DNA from: Patescibacteria group bacterium
GTDB lineage: Bacteria > Patescibacteriota > Patescibacteriia > Patescibacteriales > UBA12465
Direction: 5' to 3'
Assembly (NCBI GenBank): GCA_041651195.1
Contig: JBAZJR010000001.1
Location: 135,601-199,600 of the forward strand
DNA length: 64,000 bases
Part shown: one piece after another, positions 1 to 8,847 of the stretch
Position numbering within the stretch: the first letter of the stretch is position 1
How the letters are laid out: each line of letters begins with the position of its first letter
Translations under genes and position numbers: made by a program
The notes under the pieces: model-generated
What the model was told of the DNA's origin: nothing
Seen by the model: the letters and a program-made list of their open reading frames with translations, nothing else
Databases searched by the model: none

Positions 1-1
1 G

Positions 2-148
2 ACGATCGCCCGGGAGACCGATGCTAAGATGCTGCTTTTAAGTGCCGCCCATAATCTGGCTAAAGACCAGTTTGACGCCGGCATGTCATTCTTTGATGTT
101 TTAAATCGCAATTTAGATAATTTAAAGCTCGGTTTAGGATGTGAATAA
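2..148 (+). CDS. 3' end of a metal ABC transporter substrate-binding protein (ZnuA/TroA-like), truncated by the window edge
   Basis: Frame 2 reads through from the window edge: TIARETDAKMLLLSAAHNLAKDQFDAGMSFFDVLNRNLDNLKLGLGCE*, with TAA at 146-148. It overlaps the start of the downstream ATPase. Its position upstream of a znuC/znuB-like pair fits the usual operon. Only 48 aa are visible. Confidence 0.4.
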   Translation, partial: TIARETDAKMLLLSAAHNLAKDQFDAGMSFFDVLNRNLDNLKLGLGCE

Positions 149-899
149 TATGGAGAATGTTCTATCGGTCCAAAAATTATCTTACAGTTATGGCGCAGCG
201 GAAGTTATTTCCGATATTTCTTTCGACGTGAACCGGGGCGATTTTATCGCCCTGGTCGGTCCGAATGGCGCCGGGAAATCGACTTTGATAAGAGTGATCC
301 TGGGTTTAGCCAGCGGATTTTCCGGCCGGGTAAAGCTACTGGGTTCTGATTTGAGCCGATTTTCTGATTGGGGGAAAATCGGCTACCTGCCGCAACGAGT
401 CAATGTTTTCAACCCTTTATTTCCGGCCACCGTCCGGGAAGTAGTCGGCTTAGGGCTCTTGGCCGGCAAACCTTATCCCAAGCGCTTCCATAAAGATGAC
501 CAGGAGCAGGTCAATGATATCTTATCTTTTTTAGGCATTGCCGATTTGCAGGACTGGCCGATCGTGGAGCTTTCCGGCGGGCAGCAGCAACGGGTCTTCT
601 TGGCTCGAGCCCTAGTTTCTCGTCCCGAATTATTGATCATGGACGAACCGAGCACCGCGCTTGATCCGGAGACCAGAGATAATTTTTTTAAATTGATCAG
701 GAGCTTGAATCAAGAGCGGAAAGCGACGATCATTATGATCACCCACGATGCCGGGCAAGTCGGAGAATACGCCGACCAGCTCCTGTACCTGGACAAAAGA
801 GTGATTTTTTACGGGCCGTTCAGCGATTTTTGCCGTTCAGCCGAGATGGAAAAATATTTCGGGCATCTTTCCCATCATTCGATTTGTCATCAGCACTAA
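141..899 (+). CDS. metal (Zn/Mn-type) ABC transporter ATP-binding protein
   Basis: Walker A GPNGAGKST, signature LSGGQQQR and Walker B LLIMDEPSTALD. The His/Cys-rich C-terminal tail SHHSICHQH is typical of ZnuC-like ATPases. The start could be GTG at 141 or ATG at 150. Confidence 0.9.
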   Translation: MNNMENVLSVQKLSYSYGAAEVISDISFDVNRGDFIALVGPNGAGKSTLIRVILGLASGFSGRVKLLGSDLSRFSDWGKIGYLPQRVNVFNPLFPATVREVVGLGLLAGKPYPKRFHKDDQEQVNDILSFLGIADLQDWPIVELSGGQQQRVFLARALVSRPELLIMDEPSTALDPETRDNFFKLIRSLNQERKATIIMITHDAGQVGEYADQLLYLDKRVIFYGPFSDFCRSAEMEKYFGHLSHHSICHQH

Positions 900-900
900 T

Positions 901-1707
901 ATGGCTATTTTTGATTTTCTTAGTTATGAGTTCATCCAGCGGGCCTATTTTGCCGGCGCTTTCATCGCGGTCCTATGCGCGATGCTTGGCCTGATTCTGG
1001 TCTTGCGTAAATTATCCTTGATCGGCGACGGCTTGTCCCATGTCAGCTTTGGCGCGATCGCGCTCGGCCTGTTTTTCGGTATCTATCCGTTTTATGTCGC
1101 CATCCCGATCGTCATCCTGGCTTCTTATTTGGTTCTGAAATTGGCCGAGAAAGCGAAGATCTATGGCGACGCGGCCATCGGCATCGTTTCGGCTGTCGGC
1201 ATTTCCGGCGGCGTGATCTTGGCCAGCTTGTCCCAGGGCTTTAATGTCGACTTGTTCAGTTATCTGTTCGGCAATATCTTGGCGATCAGCAATCAGGAGG
1301 TCTGGCTGTCCGTCGGCTTATCGCTGTTTGTATTAGCGACGATCATTTTTCTTTACCATGATTTGTTTTCGACGACTTTCGATGAGGAGTACGCCAGAGT
1401 TTCCGGCATCAAGACGGATCGGATCAATCTGATCCTGACTTTCTTGACGGCGATCACCGTCGTCTTAGCCATCAAAGTAGTCGGTGTGATGCTCGTCTCG
1501 GCTCTCTTGATCTTGCCGGCGGTCACCGCCTTGCAGGTCGTCAAGGGATTCAAGGCCGCCATGATCGTAGCCGTGGGGCTTTCAGTCTTGTCGGTTATAA
1601 TCGGTATATCACTTTCTTTCTTCGGCGATTTGCCGGCTGGAGCCAGCATCGTGATGGTTAATTTTATCTTGTTCATCTTGTCATTGGTGATCAAGAAGAT
1701 TAAGTAA
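901..1707 (+). CDS. metal ABC transporter permease (ABC-3 family, ZnuB/MntB-like)
   Basis: Polytopic membrane protein that starts 1 nt after the ATPase stop. It resembles ABC-3 permeases (e.g. SALLILPAVTA). Confidence 0.9.
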   Translation: MAIFDFLSYEFIQRAYFAGAFIAVLCAMLGLILVLRKLSLIGDGLSHVSFGAIALGLFFGIYPFYVAIPIVILASYLVLKLAEKAKIYGDAAIGIVSAVGISGGVILASLSQGFNVDLFSYLFGNILAISNQEVWLSVGLSLFVLATIIFLYHDLFSTTFDEEYARVSGIKTDRINLILTFLTAITVVLAIKVVGVMLVSALLILPAVTALQVVKGFKAAMIVAVGLSVLSVIIGISLSFFGDLPAGASIVMVNFILFILSLVIKKIK

Positions 1708-1752
1708 GGGCTACTCTACCGACTGCGCTCGGTCGGGCGGAGCAGCCGACGG

Positions 1753-1776
1753 AATCGCTATTTCGGCGATTTTTTT
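1753..1776 (+). terminator. rho-independent terminator after the permease
   Basis: Short hairpin aatcgc/gcgatt (1753-1758 and 1766-1771) followed by a T-run. A TATAAT-like box follows at 1778-1783. Confidence 0.45.
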
Positions 1777-1802
1777 GTATAATTATTTCGTAAAATCAAT
1801 TT

Positions 1803-2753
1803 ATGGGATCTCGCTCGACTACATTAGTTACCGGTTATGTCAATCCGGATTTGGATGGTTTCGCCAGCGCCGTAGCGTATGCGGAGTTTTTAGAACGCCA
1901 GGGTCGGCCGATCCAAGCCGGGATATTAGGGGCGCCGCACGACGAAGTAAAGTATATCTTAAAGAGATTCGGCCTAGCCGGTCCGGCTGAGATAGCGGGG
2001 ACCGATGATTTTGATGATGTGATACTGGTCGACGCTAGCGACCTCAATGGCTTAGAGGGGAGAGTGTCGCCGGAAAAGGTCATTGAGATTATTGACCACC
2101 GCCTAGTTCATGAGGCCGGCAAATTTCCGCGGGCGAAAGCCCAGATAGAACCAGTCGGCGCGGCGGCAACCTTGGTAGCGGAGAAATTTAAACAAGCCGG
2201 AGATATTATCTCTCAAAGATCAGCCATCTTACTCTATAGCGCTATAATTTCCAATACCCTGAATTTTAAAGCCAGCGTAACGACGGAGCGGGATCGGGAG
2301 ATGGCGAAATGGCTGGAACAGTTTGTTGAGATTCCCGCTGATTATTGGCGAGAGCTGTTTATCGCCAAGTCCGACTTGGCAGGCGATAAGCTGGCGGCGA
2401 GGATCCATGGAGATTTCGCTTGGTTCGTTCTGGGTGATAAGCGAGCGGGCATCGCTCAATTAGAGATCATCGGCGCAGCAGAATTGATTCGGGAAAGAAA
2501 CACAGAGATAGAGGCTGTCCTCAATCAGCTTAAAGCAGATCATAATCTAGATTATATTTTTCAAAATACGATCGACTTGGAACAGGGCCGGAATTTTTTC
2601 ATCGCCCCTGATAGCCAGACGCAGAATCTTTTAGCCCAGGTTTTATCGGTTAATTTTTCCGGCACACTCGCGATCGGCGATCGTTTGCTGATGAGAAAGC
2701 AGATCGTTCCTTTGCTCCGGGCAGAATTAGAGCATCCGCGGCTTAATCTATAA
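1803..2753 (+). CDS. DHH/DHHA2 family phosphoesterase, family II inorganic pyrophosphatase-like with a divergent active site
   Basis: Collinear by eye with Bacillus PpaC (NPDxD motif, VD..., IDH..., SAIISxxLxFK, DHHA2 C-terminal half). Several catalytic positions appear substituted; see findings. Confidence 0.8.
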   Translation: MGSRSTTLVTGYVNPDLDGFASAVAYAEFLERQGRPIQAGILGAPHDEVKYILKRFGLAGPAEIAGTDDFDDVILVDASDLNGLEGRVSPEKVIEIIDHRLVHEAGKFPRAKAQIEPVGAAATLVAEKFKQAGDIISQRSAILLYSAIISNTLNFKASVTTERDREMAKWLEQFVEIPADYWRELFIAKSDLAGDKLAARIHGDFAWFVLGDKRAGIAQLEIIGAAELIRERNTEIEAVLNQLKADHNLDYIFQNTIDLEQGRNFFIAPDSQTQNLLAQVLSVNFSGTLAIGDRLLMRKQIVPLLRAELEHPRLNL

Positions 2754-2767
2754 AATCATTAAAATTT

Positions 2768-3928
2768 ATGTCCGAAAAATCTTTAAATTCTGGTTCCGAC
2801 GTCTATCAAGAATCAGTCGATCTGCATCGCCGTTTCCAGGGGAAGCTGGCGATACAGAGCAAGGTGCCGCTTCTGAATCGCGCCGATTTAAGTCTGGCTT
2901 ATACGCCAGGCGTGGCCGAAGTCTGCCGGGTGATCGCTAAAGACAAGACGCAATCCCGCGCTTTGACCATGAAAGGGAATATGGTCGCGGTCATCAGCGA
3001 CGGCAGCGCGATCTTAGGCTTGGGCAATCTTGGCGCGGCCGCAGCCCTGCCGGTCATGGAAGGGAAATGCGCCCTCTTCAAGGAATTCGCGGGCGTGGAC
3101 GCTTTTCCGATCTGCCTGGACACCCAGGACGAGGAAGAGATCATCAAGACCATTAAATACTTGGCGCCGGTTTTTGGCGGCATCAATCTGGAAGATATAT
3201 CGGCGCCCCGCTGTTTCAAGATCGAAGCCAGACTGAAGGCGGAATTAGACATCCCGGTCATGCATGATGACCAGCACGGCACGGCGACGGTCGTCTTGGC
3301 CGGGCTGATCAACGCGCTCAAGGTTCGCGGTTCTGATAAGGCAGAAGTTAAGATAGTCGTCAGCGGCGCCGGCGCGGCCGGAGTCGCCGTCACTAAATTA
3401 TTATTGTTGTACGGTTTTAAGAATATCATCGTCTGCGATCGTGACGGTGCGATTTACGAAGGGCGCACGGGGTTGAATCCGACTAAACAGGACTTAGCGC
3501 TCCAGACTAATCGTTCTAAGCTTAGCGGCGGCCTGGCTGAAGCCATCAAAGGCGCCGATATCTTCATCGGCGTGAGCGCGCCGGGCATTCTGAGCGGCGA
3601 AATGGTCAGGAGCATGGCCGCCCGGCCGATTGTTTTCGCGCTTGCTAATCCGGTACCTGAGATCATGCCGGCAGACGCGAAACAAGCCGGCGCCTATATT
3701 ATCGCGAGCGGCCGCAGCGACTATCCTAATCAGATCAATAATGTCTTAGTCTTCCCCGGTATTTTCCGGGGCGCTCTTGATAATCAAGTCAGGCAGATTA
3801 CCGACGAGATGCTCCTGAAAGCGGCGGAGAATTTGGCCGCCGTAGTCAAAGAACCGACGCCGGAATTGATCTTGGCCGACCCTTTCAATAAAGAAGTAGC
3901 CAAGGCCGTTGCGGCGGCTATCTATTAA
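2768..3928 (+). CDS. NAD(P)-dependent malic enzyme (short form)
   Basis: Typical malic enzyme blocks are present: LSLAYTPGVA, GSAILGLGNLG, PVMEGK, FGGINLEDI, HDDQHGTA, GAGAAG and ANPVPEI. Confidence 0.92.
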   Translation: MSEKSLNSGSDVYQESVDLHRRFQGKLAIQSKVPLLNRADLSLAYTPGVAEVCRVIAKDKTQSRALTMKGNMVAVISDGSAILGLGNLGAAAALPVMEGKCALFKEFAGVDAFPICLDTQDEEEIIKTIKYLAPVFGGINLEDISAPRCFKIEARLKAELDIPVMHDDQHGTATVVLAGLINALKVRGSDKAEVKIVVSGAGAAGVAVTKLLLLYGFKNIIVCDRDGAIYEGRTGLNPTKQDLALQTNRSKLSGGLAEAIKGADIFIGVSAPGILSGEMVRSMAARPIVFALANPVPEIMPADAKQAGAYIIASGRSDYPNQINNVLVFPGIFRGALDNQVRQITDEMLLKAAENLAAVVKEPTPELILADPFNKEVAKAVAAAIY

Positions 3929-4002
3929 TCAACCAGGGTAGTATTTTTTTTAAAACTCTGCTAATCTGTGGGAGTTATTATTAATTTAATCCGAGAAGGC
4001 GT

Positions 4003-5454
4003 ATGGCGGAAGAAGTGGTCTTAAGATTTGACGAAGTGAAATTTGAATATCTATCCAAGAGGCCGATACTGAATGAAGCCTCTTTTAGCGTGCGGCGCGG
4101 CGCCAAGATTACTTTGATGGGGCAGAATGGCGCCGGGAAAAGCACGATCTTCGGTTTAATTAAGAAAGAATTAGAGCCGCAGGCTGGCCGGATTTCCGTG
4201 GCCAGCGGTGCCACGATCGGTACGGCGCGGCAGACGATCGCCCGGGAGGACTTAGATTTGACAGTGGAGGCTTATTTCGCGACCGCCTTTGATCCTGCCC
4301 CAGCTAATCTCAAGAGCCGTATCGCGAAGGCCTTGGAAGCGGTAAATTTTGAAATTCCGCTGACGCGGATTGTCGGAAAATTATCCGGCGGCCAGCAAGC
4401 CCGCCTCCTCTTGGCTTATTCTTTGATTCAGAACCCCGATATTCTGCTTTTGGATGAGCCGACGAATAATCTGGATAAGGCCGGGATAGACCATCTGATC
4501 ACTTTTTTAGTCATGTATGATAAGACGGTCATCGTCATTTCGCACGACGCCGATTTCTTAAATTGTTTTACCGAAGGCGTCGTCTATCTGAATAACTTCA
4601 CGCATCAGACTGAGATGTACGTCGGCGATTATTATTCGGTCGTGGAAGAGATCGCCCGGCGGGTGGAAAGGGAGCAGCGGGAGAACGCCCAGTTGGAGAA
4701 GCAGATCAAGGATCGCAAAGAAAAAGTAAATTTTTTCGCCCATAAGGGCGGCAAGATGCGCAAGCTGGCGAAGAAATTAAAAGACGAGACGGAAGAATTA
4801 GAAGAGAATAAAGTCGATGTCCGGCGGGAAGACCGGACAATCCGCGATTTCACGATTCCGGTCCAGGAGATCACTGGCGAGATTGTCAGCCTGAAGAAGA
4901 TCAAAGTCATCAAGAATCATGAGCCGATCTTGAAGGATATCGACAAGGTCTTGCGCAAGAAAGACCGCTTGCTGGTCGTGGGGCCGAACGGCATCGGCAA
5001 GAGCACGCTCTTGCGCTCGCTCGTCGCCGGTAAGCAGGAAGGCCAGCAGATCCTAGATGGGGTCCGGGTCGGCTATTATAGCCAGGATTTTTCTACCTTA
5101 GATTTTGACCAGACAGTCTTTGAATCTTTGAAGAACGTTATGGCTGACGATTCAGACGAACAGAAGCTGCGCTCGGTGGCCGCCGGCTTCCTGATCACCG
5201 GAGAGCTGATGGGCCATAAGATCGCCGCCTTGTCCGAGGGGCAGAAAGGCTTATTGTCTTTTGCCCGCCTAGTCTTGATGCAGCCCGGCCTCCTGATTTT
5301 AGACGAACCGACTAACCATATCAATTTCCGCCATATTCCGGTTATTGCCAGCGCTATCAACGATTATGAAGGTGCCGTCATCATGGTGAGCCATATGCCG
5401 GAATTCGTTTCCACGATCAAGATTACCGAAGAGTTAGATTTAGGGAAGCTCTAA
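4003..5454 (+). CDS. ABC-F family ATPase (two ABC domains with a charged linker)
   Basis: Two Walker A sites (GQNGAGKST, GPNGIGKST) and two signature motifs (LSGGQQAR, LSEGQKG). There are no transmembrane segments. A Lys/Glu-rich interdomain linker is present. Confidence 0.9.
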   Translation: MAEEVVLRFDEVKFEYLSKRPILNEASFSVRRGAKITLMGQNGAGKSTIFGLIKKELEPQAGRISVASGATIGTARQTIAREDLDLTVEAYFATAFDPAPANLKSRIAKALEAVNFEIPLTRIVGKLSGGQQARLLLAYSLIQNPDILLLDEPTNNLDKAGIDHLITFLVMYDKTVIVISHDADFLNCFTEGVVYLNNFTHQTEMYVGDYYSVVEEIARRVEREQRENAQLEKQIKDRKEKVNFFAHKGGKMRKLAKKLKDETEELEENKVDVRREDRTIRDFTIPVQEITGEIVSLKKIKVIKNHEPILKDIDKVLRKKDRLLVVGPNGIGKSTLLRSLVAGKQEGQQILDGVRVGYYSQDFSTLDFDQTVFESLKNVMADDSDEQKLRSVAAGFLITGELMGHKIAALSEGQKGLLSFARLVLMQPGLLILDEPTNHINFRHIPVIASAINDYEGAVIMVSHMPEFVSTIKITEELDLGKL

Positions 5455-5477
5455 GACATAAAGGCAGGGGTTCAGAT

Positions 5478-5504
5478 AAACGCCAATAATTTTGGCGTTT
5501 TATT
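5478..5504 (+). terminator. rho-independent terminator
   Basis: Hairpin aaacgccaa / ttggcgttt followed by tatt. Confidence 0.6.
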
Positions 5505-5534
5505 AATGCTTTAGAGAGGTATTAGCCAAAAGAA

Positions 5535-5563
5535 TTGACAAAACCGAATTTTTAGTGTATAGT
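5535..5563 (+). promoter_or_regulatory. sigma70-type promoter
   Basis: TTGACA (5535-5540), a 17-nt spacer, then TATAGT (5558-5563). An AAAGGAG RBS precedes the GTG start at 5636. Confidence 0.5.
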
Positions 5564-5635
5564 GATAAGTTAAATAGTTATTTAAAATTTTAATAAAATT
5601 AGTCAAAAAATCTAAAATAAATCAAAGGAGTCACT

Positions 5636-7243
5636 GTGAAAAAGCTATTAGTATTTATTCTCTTGATGTCTGCCTGGGTCCGGGTTTCGGCCCAAGAAAA
5701 AATTGACCTTAGTTTTACCGATAGTACTGTTACTATCGGTATCACTGGTGAAACCGTTATTACCGGATTTTCGCCGGACAACCATCATGAATTTAAATTG
5801 CCATTCACTAATGCTGGGAATTTTTATCAAGCGGCGTTACCGAATTTCCAAAGAGGCATGTCAGCCGGAAAATTGGGAACTGCGATTATCTATCATCTGC
5901 CAGCTGGCGTCGTGCCGGAAAAGTTATCTGAGCCGTTAAGGATCAAAGTCCGTATTCCCAAGGGCAAGGTTTTACTCTGGGGTTGTGAGATTTGGACTGG
6001 CGAATTAGCGGAAGCAAGTTTTGCTGACTATTTCCAGGCTAGGGAATATCCGATCATCTTGGTCGACGCGGATAAATATCTCGTCAGGATATCTCGATTT
6101 AATAGGATTGATTCTTTGTCGGTAGCGTATATCTGGGCAGACAGTACGACCCAGGCCGCTTTGCCACTCGCTTTTCAGGCAGTAGATACAGCTGCTCTGA
6201 ATTTTGGGTATTTCGCCCCCACCTATCTAGATAAGAATGTTCTGTCGTATGGCCTCGCCGGTCAGAAAAAGTATATGTTGACCTATTTTATCACTAGCCT
6301 TCCGGTCATGACTGGCGCTGAACACTACAATCAGCCGCTCGCAGTTACTCCGCCGCGCTATATCCGGGAAGACGGAATATTCCACACTTTCTTCCATAGC
6401 TTGGTTGGGAAGTCTATAATCCCGAAGGAATATTTGCGCTCCGATGGCCGTTATTGTCCCTCAGACGCCCTGGCGATGTACGAGGGATTGACGACCTATT
6501 TTTCCAATAAGTATATCCATGGTAATTTTGCCGCTAGCTTATCAGCGATGCTATATCGAGCTTGCCTGAGGCCAGACCTTATTGATCTGAGGAAGATAAG
6601 CCTAGATACAGAGAACGAATCGTATTATGCTAAGGCTTATTTGTTCTGGGTATTTATGGAAGCTAATGGACTCAATGTCGAGCTATTCACTAAATGGCTA
6701 TTTTCTATCTACCTCATTAATAAGCCATTTCCAGTGCAGTTCGATTGGGCTGACGTGATTAACTGGATTAGCGCTTATGACCAGCGACTAGGCCAACTAG
6801 CCGCGGCAAGTTCTAGCGGCGCCTATCTAGATATTGCCTTCAAGATATTGGAAGAGAAAGGCTGGGCACCGATTCCGCTAAAAGATATGCCTGAGTGGTA
6901 CGACTTTTATATCGGACCATACTCGGTTGAGCCGGGCGGACGTCAATTGCCGACCGACGAATATCCATCTATAAATTCAGCTCACCCCGTTTATCTATTG
7001 GAAAATGGGCAGAAGCTAAAGATCGAAGCTGATAAAAGTAATCCGGCTTTACGGCGGATCAAAGATAATCCGGATTTGTCTTTCCGCATAGAATTTTCCG
7101 ATGGGCGGATAATAGAGGTAAAAGATCAGTTGATGCTCGGTAGCAGAAATTATTTTATGACCGGCACGATTGATTTTAGCCGAGCTCCGGATTTTTGGTC
7201 TAATTTATTTAAATATTTGGTGGTGCCTGCGCCCACTAAATAG
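5636..7243 (+). CDS. secreted hypothetical protein (signal peptide)
   Basis: 535-aa ORF with N-terminal signal LLVFILLMSAWVRVSAQ, a good RBS and flanking terminators. I recognise no family. Confidence 0.7.
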   Translation: MKKLLVFILLMSAWVRVSAQEKIDLSFTDSTVTIGITGETVITGFSPDNHHEFKLPFTNAGNFYQAALPNFQRGMSAGKLGTAIIYHLPAGVVPEKLSEPLRIKVRIPKGKVLLWGCEIWTGELAEASFADYFQAREYPIILVDADKYLVRISRFNRIDSLSVAYIWADSTTQAALPLAFQAVDTAALNFGYFAPTYLDKNVLSYGLAGQKKYMLTYFITSLPVMTGAEHYNQPLAVTPPRYIREDGIFHTFFHSLVGKSIIPKEYLRSDGRYCPSDALAMYEGLTTYFSNKYIHGNFAASLSAMLYRACLRPDLIDLRKISLDTENESYYAKAYLFWVFMEANGLNVELFTKWLFSIYLINKPFPVQFDWADVINWISAYDQRLGQLAAASSSGAYLDIAFKILEEKGWAPIPLKDMPEWYDFYIGPYSVEPGGRQLPTDEYPSINSAHPVYLLENGQKLKIEADKSNPALRRIKDNPDLSFRIEFSDGRIIEVKDQLMLGSRNYFMTGTIDFSRAPDFWSNLFKYLVVPAPTK

Positions 7244-7254
7244 GAACTTAGCAG

Positions 7255-7286
7255 AACCCCGCATCGCCAGTCGACGGGGTTTTTTA
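7255..7286 (+). terminator. rho-independent terminator
   Basis: Hairpin aaccccg...cggggtt followed by a T-run. Confidence 0.7.
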
Positions 7287-7330
7287 TTCGCGGCATCTGG
7301 CGCGGGGTAATAGAAAAACATCCCGGTTTA

Positions 7331-7339
7331 TGCTATAAT
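7331..7339 (+). promoter_or_regulatory. extended -10 promoter element (TGCTATAAT)
   Basis: TGnTATAAT lies about 45 nt upstream of the 7382 start. The same TGnTATAAT form recurs at 33615, 36602 and 40292. Confidence 0.4.
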
Positions 7340-7381
7340 ATAAGCGTGAGCTTTTATTTATTCAGGAGATTATTTTAAACT

Positions 7382-7795
7382 ATGGATTACCGTAAATTTC
7401 GCGCGCAAAGGTATTGGAAAAACCTTTTGTCAGTGCCTTTTATCTGGTTGCCGCTCATTGCCGTCATTATCTTGGATTTAGCTGTCTCGCTTTATCAGGC
7501 TGTCTGTTTTCCACTATATGGCCTAGAGAAGGTTAAGCGCTCGACTTATATCCTAATCATAGATCGCGCTAAGTTAGCCTATCTTAAGCCTTTAGAGAAA
7601 TTAGACTGCATGTATTGCGGCTATGCCAATGGGTTTCTGCTGTATGCTAAGGAGATCGCCGGCCGGACTGAAAAATATTGGTGCGGCATCATGCATGAAG
7701 GGCGCCCCGGCTTCCAGGTCCAGGCCAGCCAGGTAGAGCAGAATTTTGCCCGTTTCGGCGATGAAGCCGATTTTAAGGATAAGTATGGTGCCTGA
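7382..7795 (+). CDS. hypothetical membrane protein with a CxYCGYANG motif
   Basis: 137-aa ORF with one clear transmembrane segment (FIWLPLIAVIILDLAVSLY). I recognise no family. Confidence 0.6.
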   Translation: MDYRKFRAQRYWKNLLSVPFIWLPLIAVIILDLAVSLYQAVCFPLYGLEKVKRSTYILIIDRAKLAYLKPLEKLDCMYCGYANGFLLYAKEIAGRTEKYWCGIMHEGRPGFQVQASQVEQNFARFGDEADFKDKYGA

Positions 7796-7849
7796 TAGTC
7801 TTAAAAATTTATTTTTTTTAACGTCCGCCGCTAAGAGGACCGTAAAAAT

Positions 7850-8632
7850 ATGAAAAAACTTTTTTCTTTATTCATCCTGATAGCATTCTTATTGTCAGGC
7901 TTAAGCTCCACCGTACCGGCACGGGCGGAGGAGCTAGAGAAGATATTAACGCCGGATCAGATCAAAAATTATCAAGGGGTCATCAAAAAAGGCAATTCTT
8001 TGTATGGCGTCAGGATCGAAAAGATGGAACAGGCGCTTAAAGACCTTAAAACCGAGTTTAAGAATTTGACGGCCGACGCCGCTAATTCTAGCTCTACGCC
8101 GGCCAGTTCGACTGCTCAGAGATTGGAAAAGATCCTGACTCCCGGCCAGATATCCTTGTATGAGAAGATTACGAAAGTCGGGACTTCTCTATGGGGCATC
8201 AAGAAGCGGGTCGTCGAGGCTTTGCGACCAAAGGCGTCTTCGACGCCGGCTGTCATTTCCAACCTTGAATCGGCCTGCGTTGTATCGGCAATCGATATCA
8301 AGGACAAGGCTTTGACAGAGAAGGTGACGGCGGCGGCCACGGGATTGAACGCGGCGATTACGGCGCGGAGCACTTGCCAGCAGGCCGCGGTTCAAACGAC
8401 CGACAATCAGCGGGTAAATTTGGAGGCTTGCATCAAAGCTTTCAAGCTAGCCCACCAAGCAGTCAATGAAACCGCTCGTTTGGCGCAGCAGTCGATCTGG
8501 AAAACCTATCAGGCCAGCCTGAAAGCCTGTCGTCCGGCAACATCGCCTGGAACCGTCGAGACCGAAGAGATCAAGGTCGAAGACGGCGGAGAGGATCTGA
8601 TGGAAACGGTCGTTGACGCTAGCGTCAAATAA
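7850..8632 (+). CDS. secreted hypothetical protein with an internal duplication
   Basis: Signal peptide ending VPARA. The block LEKILTP(D/G)QI..Y...K.G.SL(Y/W)G occurs twice, separated by Ser/Thr-rich linkers. Confidence 0.7.
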   Translation: MKKLFSLFILIAFLLSGLSSTVPARAEELEKILTPDQIKNYQGVIKKGNSLYGVRIEKMEQALKDLKTEFKNLTADAANSSSTPASSTAQRLEKILTPGQISLYEKITKVGTSLWGIKKRVVEALRPKASSTPAVISNLESACVVSAIDIKDKALTEKVTAAATGLNAAITARSTCQQAAVQTTDNQRVNLEACIKAFKLAHQAVNETARLAQQSIWKTYQASLKACRPATSPGTVETEEIKVEDGGEDLMETVVDASVK

Positions 8633-8660
8633 TATTTATAATTAATCAATTAAAATAAAA

Positions 8661-8682
8661 GCCCGCCGCGTGCGGGCTTTTT
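8661..8682 (+). terminator. rho-independent terminator
   Basis: Hairpin gcccgc cgcgt gcgggc followed by ttttt. Confidence 0.7.
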
Positions 8683-8760
8683 AGCAGGGATTTTGGCTTG
8701 TTTTCCAGATTATTTTATGTTAAAGTGTTTTTAGAAAATTTATTCTTGTTGTCGCGTCAA

Positions 8761-8847
8761 GGAGAGGTGCTAGAGTGGTTTAATAGGACAGTCTTGAAAA
8801 CTGTTGTCGATGAAAGTCGACCCAGGGTTCGAATCCCTGCCTCTCCG
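8761..8847 (+). tRNA. tRNA-Ser (anticodon UGA), no encoded CCA
   Basis: Acceptor stem GGAGAGG/CCTCTCC with discriminator G. Anticodon arm ACAGT-CTTGAAA-ACTGT gives anticodon TGA. There is a long variable arm (tgtcgatgaaagtcgacc). T arm is CAGGG-TTCGAAT-CCCTG. Confidence 0.9.

Noticed and set aside
1775-4214. Assorted overlapping ORFs in other frames or on the other strand of housekeeping genes (1775-1990, 1835-2083, 2899-3429, 3030-3236 and 3981-4214), with similar ones throughout the window.
   Set aside because: Each is nested in, or antisense to, a gene with clear family-level similarity. Moderate GC content readily generates such open frames.
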